Origin: Azolla caroliniana
Taxonomy: Eukaryota > Plantae > Polypodiophyta
DNA length: 10,612 nt
Direction of reading: 5' to 3'
Assembly: GCA_043228905.1 (NCBI GenBank)
Contig: JBHGNT010001253.1
Span: 1-10,612, forward strand
The notes beneath the pieces were generated by a model. The model saw only the letters and a list, made by a program, of their open reading frames with translations. It did not search any database and was not told the DNA's origin. The position numbers and the translations under genes were made by a program. Below, piece after piece: positions 1 to 7,695 of this stretch. Numbering within the stretch: the stretch's first letter is position 1; each line of letters opens with the position of its first letter.

Positions 1-2565
1 CCACTGGAGTTGGTGCATACGGATGTGTGTCAAGTAGACACGAAGTCACATGCTGGAGCGCAGTATTTCGTGACGTTCATAGATGACTACAGTCGGAAGC
101 TATGGGCCACACCGTTGAAGACGAAGGATCAAGTGTTATCCGTCTTCAAAGAGCTCCACGCGAGAGTGGAAAGAGAAACCGGCCAGAAGCTGAAGGCGGT
201 TCGAGCAGATAACGGAGGAGAATACCGGGGGCAGTTCGAGGTGTACTGCCGCTCGAAGGGAATCCGGCTCAAATTTACCGTGCCAAAGACGCTGGAACTA
301 AACGGACTGGCCGAGAGGATGAACCGGACCATAATGGAGAGGGTTCGGAGTATGCTAGCGCATGCAAAACTACCCAAGAAGTTTTGGGCTGAGGCATTGT
401 CGATGGTGACATATGTGATAAATAGATCACCCTCAGTACCCTTGGACGGAGACACGCCACAGAGAGTATGGACCGGTAAGGAAGTATCCTACCGGCATCT
501 GAAGGTGTTCGGGTGTCTCGTGTACGTGCATGTAGCTAAGGACCGGAGAGGAAAGTTAGATCCAAAGACCCAGCCATGCATATTCCTTGCTTACGGTGAC
601 GATGAGTTTGGATACCTGGTCGACAAGAAGGTATTCCGGAGTCAAGATATTATCTTCATGGAGGACAAGACGCTCACCGACTGGGATTCGGAGAAGAAGA
701 TAATGAACTCTGAGTCGACCGGTAAGGATCGACTCTACGATGAGCAGATCCAACCGGGAAGAGACCGGTTAGCACTCGAGGGACCAGCCGGTTACGGTGA
801 GGATACCAAACAGGTTGAAGAAGAAGTAGAGGAAGCTGAAACCGGAACCGGCCAAGACCCCGAATCGGATTCGAATGAAGAACAAATGGAGGAGCCGGTT
901 ACCGAAGCCCGAAGACGGAGATATCCTCTCAGAGAGAGAAGGGCGTCCCGAAGATTTCCGGATGCAGAGCATGTTCTGCTGACCGATGAGGGGGAGCCGG
1001 AAAGCTTCGAAGAAGCGAAGGATGACACCCACAGCCGCAAATGGTTAAGTGCCATGCAGGATGAGATGGATTCCCTGCATGAGAACTATACGTACGAATT
1101 GGTGGAGTTGCCGAAAGGAAAGCGGGCACTCTGAAACAAGTGGGTGTACAAGTTGAAACCGAGAGATGCCGACAACCCCCCGAGATACAAAGCCAGGATC
1201 GTGGTGAAGGGGTTCCAACAAAAGAAGGGCATGGACTTCGACGAGATATTTGCCCCGGTAGTAAAGATGACCTCCATCCGGACGTTGCTGAGTATGGCGG
1301 CAAGCATGGACCTCGAGGTAGAACAGCTGGACGTGAAGACGACATTCCTTCACGGCGACCTCGAAGAGGAGATCTACATGCAGCAACCGGAGGGATTTGT
1401 GGAGAAAGGGAAGGAGCACCTAGTTTGCCGGTTGAAGAAGAGCCTCTACGGGTTGAAGCAGGCTCCCCGTCAATGGTACCGGAAGTTTGACTCCTTCATG
1501 GCTGATCAAGGGTACCACAAGACGCAGGCCGATCACTGCGTGTTTGTGAAGAAGTTTGATGGAGGCGACTTCCTGATACTCCTTCTGTACGTGGATGACA
1601 TGTTGATCGTCGGACGGGACCAAGTCAAAATACGGATGCTGAAGAAGGCCCTCAACCGGACCTTCTCAATGAAAGACTTGGGTCCGGCAAGACAGATGTT
1701 GGGGATGCATATTATCCGGAACCGGTCAGTGAAGCAATTATGGCTGTCACAGGAGAAGTACGTGACAAAGGTGCTTCACCGGTTCAACATGTCAGAGGCG
1801 AAACCGGTCGGATCGACACTTCCGGCAAACTGCAGCCTATCCGGTAAGCAAAGCCCGAAGACGAAAGCAGAGAAGGCGGATATGATGAAGATTCCATATG
1901 CCTCTGCCGTCGGGAGCTTGATGTACACAATGGTGTGTACCCGACCGGATATAGGATACGCAGTCAGAGTGGTGAGCCGGTTTATGAGCAATCCCAGCAA
2001 GGAGCACTGGAACGCGGTCAAATGGATACTCTGGTATTTGAAGGGCACTTCAAATATGTGTCTCCGATTCGGCTCTGGGAAACCTCAACTTGACGGTTTC
2101 ACTGATTCGGACATGTCGGCTGATGTGGATACCAACCGGTCTACATCCGGGTATGTAATGACATATGCAGAGGGAGCTGTCTCGTGGCAGTCGAGGCTGC
2201 AGAAGACAGTTGCATTGTCAACCACGGAGGCGGAGTACATGGCGGCTGTGGAAGCCGGCAAGGAAATATTATGGATGATGGATTTCATCGGAGAGCTCGG
2301 TATCCGGCAAGATGAATACTGACTCTATTGCGACAGTCAAAGTGCCATCCATCTTGCTAAGAATGCGGCCTACCATTCCCGGACGAAGCATATCCAGCGA
2401 AGATATCATTGGATTCGGGAAAGAGTAGATGACCAGGAGTTCGTACTGACGAAGATCCACACGGCCGAGAACGGGTCAGATATGCTGACCAAAGTGCTGA
2501 TACCCGACAAGCTGGATTCATGCCGGAAGAGGATCGGACTAGTAAGACACCCCATGCCGGAGTGA
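1..2565 (+). pseudogene. pol: copia pol polyprotein (integrase, RT, RNase H) with two in-frame stops
   Basis: One frame from base 1 to TGA 2563-2565. IN: VHTD, ADNGGEY, NGLAER, GKLDPK. RT: QLDVKTTFLHG, SLYGLKQAPRQW, LYVDD (YVDD 1588-1599). RNaseH: FTDSD, TEAEY, YCDSQSA, SDMLTK. Stops at TGA 1132-1134 (KRAL*NKW) and TGA 2320-2322 (EY*LYCD). Confidence 0.95.
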
Positions 2566-2573
2566 AGGGGGAG
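2564..2573 (+). promoter_or_regulatory. polypurine tract of the copia element
   Basis: GAAGGGGGAG overlaps the pol stop codon and ends 2 nt (TT) before TGTTGGG. Confidence 0.92.
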
Positions 2574-2575
2574 TT

Positions 2576-3145
2576 TGTTGGGAGACAGGTCCCTCCGGAT
2601 GGGAAGGGAGAAGAACAATGCTAAACCGGATGAGGAGTACCCGGTTACGGAGAGCCGGATGGAGCAGACCCGGTGAGGAGTGCTCATTGGATGAAGAGAC
2701 ATATTCATAAATATGTTTCTGAGAGTCCATCATGGCTATATTTGTAAATAGCCGAAAAGTCATATTAGTATAAATATGACTTAGGGCAAACTTTTAGAGT
2801 GGTTGTTATTCTTGTTGGTGCAAGAAGAGAGAGAGCGTGTAACCGTGTACAGAGAGAGGGAGAGAGAGAAAGAGGTCGTTGCCTCTGTTGAAACCGCCGC
2901 CTGTGGTGAAGATCGTGAGCACGAGGTCGTTGCCTCTGTGAACTCACTGTTGTACATTCTAACATAGTGATAGTTTGCAGTCTGTGGGCTACCATGGTTT
3001 TTTTTCCTAGTTTGGGGTTTTCCATGTAAACATCTTGTGTACTCTTCTCTTCTTTGTGTTGTGCATCTATTTCCCGTTTTCTGTGTATGATTCTAAGCTC
3101 GGTTGTGGCCGAGCGTTGCATATAGGGAGCGTGCAGTTCTCGTCA
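2576..3145 (+). repeat. copia 3' LTR (~570 bp)
   Basis: Starts TGTTGGGA after the PPT. Ends TCTCGTCA exactly where minus-strand gypsy integrase similarity begins. Contains TATAAAT (2769-2775), GA-rich R region, a 17-bp direct repeat (2872-2888 and 2923-2939) and T-rich U5. Confidence 0.82.
2769..2775 (+). promoter_or_regulatory. TATA box of the copia LTR
   Basis: TATAAAT ~195 nt into the LTR, downstream of CCGGATG-type U3 repeats. Confidence 0.65.
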
Positions 3146-3767
3146 AGAAGAGATGCTGCCAAAATTTGGAGACGAATTGAGGTCCTCGGTCACATATGAT
3201 ACTATCTAGGAGGCCATGATGGCGAAATACCTCACGCATGACAAGGGTGGCAGTTTCGTCGCTAGTGATGGCCTTAGTACACAACACAAAATGTGCCATC
3301 TTAGTATATCGATCGACGACGGTTAAGATAGCATCGAACCCCTTCGAGACCGGCAGATCTGTGATAAAATCAAGACAAATAGACTACCACGGCTTACTTG
3401 GAATCGGTAAGGGTTCCAACAAGCCATATGGATGGTGTCGGGGCATCTTTGCTCGGCAACAAGCATCACAAGTCCGAACATAGTCATCGACAAAACGTCA
3501 CAAATGGGGCCACCAAAAAGATCGTTGAACGAGATCCAACGTCTTAGTACTACCAAAATGTCCCGCCGTATGGGTGTCGTGACAATTTTGGATGATTTGA
3601 AGGCGACAGGAGCAATCGGGGACATATACAGGATTTTTAATGAATAACAAACCATCATGATATTCGAATTGTTGGTAGTCCATACCTGGTTGTTGAGATT
3701 GAGAACAGGATGCCCGAGAGGTATCAATGTGTGCCAGAATGTCTTGAGCAAAATTGTCTGTCTTCAA
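3146..3767 (-). pseudogene. gypsy integrase fragment (HHCC zinc finger and first two catalytic Asp)
   Basis: Single frame joining ORFs 3498-3884 and 3093-3299: CHD...AGHFG...FWWPHL*RFVDDYVRTCDACCRAK...[26 protein letters not shown]...VVDRYTKMAHF...HGL...CDRGPQFVSKFW. Stops at 3500-3498 and 3386-3384. Confidence 0.93.
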
Positions 3768-4424
3768 GTTCGCACGTTGTCGCGTTGTTACGTGCGTTGT
3801 CGAGGTAGTTGTGGTTTGTGTGGCGAAGTCGCAGGGACTAAGGTTAAGGGGAGTTGAAGGAACTTTTATAAGGCTTGCGCGCAAATGTTAGGAAGATAAA
3901 GGATATGAAGAATAATAGTTTAAAGTAATATGTGTGAGAGAGAGACTAATATAGATAAAAGATAGAGGCAATGTATGATTCAAGACGCAAGATAGAGACA
4001 AAGTATGATTTGAAGGCGACAGGAGCAATCGGGGACATATACAAGATTTTTAATGAATAACAAACCATCATGATATTCGAATTGTTGGTAGTCCATACCT
4101 GGTTGTTGAGATTGAGAACAGGATGCCCGAGAGGTATCAATGTGCGCCAAAATGTCTTGAGCAAAATTGTCTGTCTTCAAGTTCGCACGTTGTCGCGTTG
4201 TTACGTGCGTTGTCGGGGTAGTTGTGGTTTGTGTGGCGAAGTCGCAGGGACTAAGGTTAAGGGGAGTTGAAGGAACTTTTATAAGGCTTGCGCGCAAATG
4301 TTAGGAAGATAAAGGATATGAAGAATAATAGTTTAAAGTAATATGTGTGAGAGAGAGACTAATATAGATAAAAGATAGAGGCAATGTATGATTCAAGACG
4401 CAAGATAGAGACAAAGTATGATTT
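3592..4424. repeat. 413-bp tandem duplication (integrase start, leader, LTR end)
   Basis: ATGATTT at 3592, 4005 and 4418 (period 413). Copies differ at 4 positions by eye, all transitions. Confidence 0.97.
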
Positions 4425-4656
4425 AAGACAAAAAAGTATATGATATGAACATGATGTGTATTACGAATACAAGATTTTACCAACCTTACAATGTTTGGTA
4501 GCAAGATGAACCCTTTCTCTACCGACCCTTGATTCGAACTCTTGACTCCAACTTGGAAACACGAGCCTCTTCACCAACAAGCTAACTTGTTTGTTTTTAT
4601 TATTATCTTATTTCTCTAACTTTCTCTTGATTCCCCTCTTGTTTTCCTTGCCCCTC

Positions 4657-4664
4657 TTTATATA
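4657..4664 (-). promoter_or_regulatory. TATA box of the gypsy LTR
   Basis: CTTATATAAAGAGGGG on the minus strand, typical LTR TATA context. Confidence 0.6.
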
Positions 4665-4671
4665 AGTGTTG

Positions 4672-4790
4672 CCATGCATATGGTAATGTATGGGAGCATG
4701 GCATGCATGCAATGCATGAGTTACATGTAATGCATGATCGCCATTTGGCGCACATGTATTGCACATGATGCATGGTAGCCATCATGCTTA
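4672..4790. promoter_or_regulatory. CATG/RY (CATGCA)-rich cluster in U3
   Basis: Multiple CATGCA/TGCATG motifs, including GCATGCATGCAATGCATG at 4701-4718, directly upstream of the minus-strand TATA. Confidence 0.5.
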
Positions 4791-4854
4791 CTTGAGCTCC
4801 CATATAGATATGGGATAAGTATAATGATGAAAATGCATTCTAAAATAACTAACC

Positions 4855-4917
4855 TAGCTTAGTGGTGTATACTTTGTGTTTGGCATACAAGGTTGAGAGT
4901 TCAAGTCTCTCAATTTT
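4855..4917 (+). other. tRNA-derived Pol III-type module, copy 1 (degenerate)
   Basis: A box TAGCTTAGTGG 4855-4865; stem-loop TTGTG-TTTGGCA-TACAA; T arm GAGAG-TTCAAGT-CTCTC 4895-4911; TTTT at 4914-4917. No acceptor stem. Confidence 0.65.
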
Positions 4918-4990
4918 ACTTAATACAATATATAGCTTCATTCTTATATCATGAAACACATTTATTACGCACTTTTACAAATAAATAGCC

Positions 4991-5047
4991 TAGCCTAGTG
5001 GTATGTACATTGTATTTCGTATATAAGGATGTGGGTTCAAGTCTCTC
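4991..5047 (+). other. tRNA-derived Pol III-type module, copy 2 (degenerate)
   Basis: A box TAGCCTAGTGG 4991-5001; B box GGTTCAAGTCT; same spacing as copy 1. Part of a diverged ~136-bp repeat (about 4843-4970 and 4979-5106). Confidence 0.62.
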
Positions 5048-5116
5048 AAATATTATTAAATACAACATTTAAGCTCATTTTTATATCGTGAAGCACATTC
5101 TTCACGACAACGTGCA

Positions 5117-5626
5117 TGTAGAAAGAGGCGGGACCACGGGGGCCTTGAACCGAGGAGCGAGAGAGGGAGAGAGAGAGAGAGAGAAGAGAAGAAAAGAGAA
5201 GATTTGCAGATACGCAAAAGGGAGAGGGAAAGAGAAAGAAACGGCACACTTAATTACAGTAACAGTCGATTAAAATATCCAAAGATTGCAAACTCTAACG
5301 ATTACAACCGGCAAGGCGACGATGGACCTGATACGGGGATCCTACTCATGCACACATACAGAACACACTCGACTCAAAGAAACAAAAAGGGGAGAGCCTC
5401 TGCTGGAAGCACACGGGCTGTCCACGAAGCAGAGGCAGCGAACTCCCGACACCCACAGAGACCGACGATCGAAGGAGAAGAGAGAGCTCGGCACTCAGTT
5501 CTGCAGTAGCACTTCGTCCTCGTCAATGCGCGATCCTCTTTCCTCCTTCTCTCTCTCCTTAAATAGTTCGCAAAAGGGGACCGTTCTTCCCTCGTCAAAT
5601 CGCTTTATTCCCTGTCCCTTTTGACA
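5117..5626 (-). repeat. second LTR (~510 bp), different family
   Basis: Plus-strand termini TGTAGAAAG...CTTTTGACA (7/9 inverted match). Minus-strand TATTTAA at 5565-5559 and CT-rich tracts. Flanks GTGCA and GAGAT do not form a TSD. Confidence 0.62.
5159..5202. repeat. (GA)n / purine microsatellite within the LTR
   Basis: GAGAGAGGGAGAGAGAGAGAGAGAGAAGAGAAGAAAAGAGAAGA seen directly. Confidence 0.9.
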
Positions 5627-5803
5627 GAGATACGCACCAATCTTCTAATAAATATGTACTACCTAGTATTTACATCAACCGACCTAATTATGAATTATGT
5701 TCACAATATCAATTCTCGCGTCCACCTATGTGAGCGCCGGTTCATGCGTCTTTTTCTCCGATTTCGCCTATGGCCGGTTTTCTTCACGACATCCACCCCC
5801 ACC
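5627..5803 (-). mobile_element. start of the 3' LTR (5791 leftwards) plus PPT (5803-5792) of a third, related gypsy-type element
   Basis: Minus strand GGTGGGGGTGGA is immediately followed by TGTCGTGAAGAA. These 12 bp are identical to the LTR start at 5109-5098. Confidence 0.6.
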
Positions 5804-6061
5804 AAACTGCGCATCTACCGGCATGCGCTAGAGACGGGTAGATGGGTCGAAGCACGCTACGGTGTACCAGAAAAGTACTGTTTTTGGCCACAAAAATTGT
5901 CAGTACTTTCAATACTGTTAGTACTGAATAATTTAGAAAAAAAAATTAGAGAAAAAGAAAATCGATTTTGGAGAGTGGGGTGACTGTAGTACAAGTGTCA
6001 TTTACTGTAGAAGGAGTGGGGGGAACACGTGAGGAGATGTTCTTCCATTTTGGGGGCTATT

Positions 6062-6117
6062 TTCCCCTCACGTCGATTTTGGTGCTTCCCCTCACGTCGT
6101 TTTGGCGATTCCCCTCA
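6062..6117. repeat. 23-24-bp short tandem repeat (TTCCCCTCACGTCG core)
   Basis: Unit starts at 6062, 6086 and 6109. An inverted core copy ACGTGAGG at 6027-6034 overlaps a G-box CACGTG (6026-6031). Confidence 0.8.
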
Positions 6118-6389
6118 TACTGTTCTTCCTCTATCCCTCTGAGCTTTTCATCACAGACATCCATGTCACGTTTCTGATTTTCCTTCAATCTAAATCTCAG
6201 ACATCCATGTCTGGTTGGAGAGTTTGAGTTGAGGATTTCTGATTTTTTTAGGGTTTCTGTTTTTGTTAGGTTTCGGTTGAGGTACAGAGACTGTTCTGAG
6301 GGTTTAGGTAGCAGCCAATAGTCACTTCTTCGACAACGACTTTCGTACTTCCACCGATTGCAGTTGATGTCGTGGTGATTTGGGGCTTT

Positions 6390-6552
6390 TTCCACCAAAT
6401 CGAGGCGGCATATCCAACGCTCCCTCCACCATTGGAGGTTCCTTCCACCAAATCGAGGCTGCATATCCATGCTCCCTCCACCACTGGAGGTTCCTTCCAC
6501 CAAATCGAGGCGGCATATCCAACGCTCCCTCCACCATTGGAGGTTCCTTCCA
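6390..6552. repeat. 52-53-bp tandem repeat, 3 copies
   Basis: TTCCACCAAATCGAGGC... units start at 6390, 6443 and 6495. Each contains CCTCCA-N4-TGGAGG. Confidence 0.96.
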
Positions 6553-6943
6553 TCCATTTTTTTATTTTCAGTACTAAAATGTTTCATTTCTTCATATTTT
6601 AGTACTAAATTTTTAGAATTGACATTTGCCATATTTGATATGTAATTCTAATGTTTGAAACAAAATATTTCTCACTTTGCAGGCCACATTTAAAAACATT
6701 TGATTGTGTTTTCTTGGTTGAGTCTATATATCCACGCTCCCTCCACCATTGGAGGTTCCTTCCATCCATTTTTTTTATTTTCAGTACTAAAATGTTTCAT
6801 TTCTTCATATTTCAGTACTAAATTTTTAGAATTGACATTTGTCATATTTGATATGTAATTCTAATGTTTGAAACAAAATATTTCTCACTTTGCAGGCCAC
6901 ATTTAAAAACATTTGATTGTGTTTTCTTGGTTGAGTCTATATA
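6515..6943. repeat. 213-bp tandem duplication
   Basis: ATATCC at 6515/6728 and AGTCTATATA at 6721/6934. Two substitutions and two 1-nt indels between copies by eye. Confidence 0.96.
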
Positions 6944-7603
6944 ACATTAACTACTTTCGCAAGATACTTAATTTTTGTGGATAAATCTAGTGACCGAATG
7001 GGGGTTCCTAACGAGAGTGAGTTGTCAAGTAACTCATGCATATCTGAAAGGACTAAGAGACGAGTGGTTCTTCACATAGTCCGTTATTTGGTAGAAATAA
7101 CGAAGAGATTTAGTGAAGAGGATCGTAGGGATATTATCTGTAGAGTGTTACACCATCAAAGTTTGAATGAAGACATGGAGAGAATAAAATTTAGGGACCA
7201 ATGTGTTTCAGAAGAGATTGTGGAGTTTATGAAGTCATCCCTAGACTTAGTGAAAGGTGTAGAGAGCTTAGACAAACTTGCTGCAAAGAGGGCAGCCCTA
7301 CACATGGTTGTGAACGGTGCGAGAGAAAAAAAATATAGTGATACTAAAGTTGCCTTAGCCCTGGGTATTCAAAGAAGGAACTTGAGGAAACATCGCCGAA
7401 ATATACACTCAAGCAAATTCAAGTGGCTGGGGTCGGGACGTAGACGACGATGTGATGCCTTATCTCAAGAGATTATTGAGAAAGTGGATTCATTTTGGGC
7501 CAAAAATACGCGTGTCTCACCAAATAAGAAGGACGTGTGTAGACAACGAATAAGTCAGGGTAAGTACCAGATTCACCCTAGACACTTCTTGGAGATGATA
7601 GAG

Positions 7604-7695
7604 GTATTCCATTTTTTTATATCAATTCACATTCCATAACTTTGTGTTTTGACCAAGTGTATATTAATGTTTGCTATATATATTAGTTGATGTAG
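7604..7695 (+). other. intron 1 (92 nt, phase 0, GT-AG)
   Basis: GAG|GTATTC ... TGTAG|GCT joins LEMIE to AELYMNFK in frame; AT-rich. Confidence 0.88.

Larger units (their letters stand above)
1..3145 (+). mobile_element. Ty1/copia LTR retrotransposon, 3' half (IN-RT-RNaseH, PPT, 3' LTR); Tnt1/Tork-like
   Basis: Domain order integrase before RT and RNaseH is diagnostic of copia. PPT followed by a TG...CA LTR. 5' part lies outside the window. Confidence 0.96.
3146..5109 (-). mobile_element. Ty3/gypsy (chromovirus/Tcn1-like) element, 5' part, internally deleted and interrupted by the copia element
   Basis: LTR 5109-4299, short leader, then directly integrase. No protease, RT or RNaseH between LTR and IN. 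Clade assignment is inferred from motif style. Confidence 0.8.
4299..5109 (-). repeat. gypsy 5' LTR (~811 bp)
   Basis: Minus strand begins TGTCGTGAAGA and ends TCTTCCTAACA (8/11 terminal inverted match). TATATAAA at 4664-4657. The 3' ~125 bp is duplicated from 3886. Confidence 0.78.

Noticed and set aside
1132-1134. Programmed stop readthrough or RNA editing of in-frame stops
   Set aside because: Stops lie inside conserved motifs of several unrelated elements, alongside deletions; mutational decay is simpler.
129-2763. Numerous antisense and alternate-frame ORFs over copia pol
   Set aside because: Shadows of a GC-rich coding sequence; no motifs.
4895-4917. tRNA-like RNA acting as the element's own RT primer
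   Set aside because: Its predicted 3' end (CTCTCAATTTT) is not complementary to the PBS-position sequence.
4848-5050. Functional tRNA genes
   Set aside because: No acceptor stem, poor D stem, and different loop triplets (TGG vs TCG) between copies; kept only as tRNA-derived modules.
5117-5626. Clean solo LTR
   Set aside because: Flanking 4-6 bp sequences (GTGCA vs GAGAT) do not match.
5851-5865. CACTA or Tc1/mariner terminus (CACGCTAC / TA-CGGTG)
   Set aside because: The transposase motifs match neither En/Spm nor DD34E/D families, and no partner TIR is visible.
5046-5983. Short ORFs across the LTR and microsatellite region
   Set aside because: Low-complexity translations crossing element junctions; no coding signal.
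6390-6552. CRISPR-like array (hairpin repeats)
   Set aside because: Units are contiguous near-identical tandem repeats with no unique spacers, there are no cas genes, and the context is eukaryotic.
6057-6632. 191-aa minus-strand ORF and overlapping ORFs with repeated peptides
   Set aside because: Explained by translation of the 53-bp repeat; no recognisable domain.
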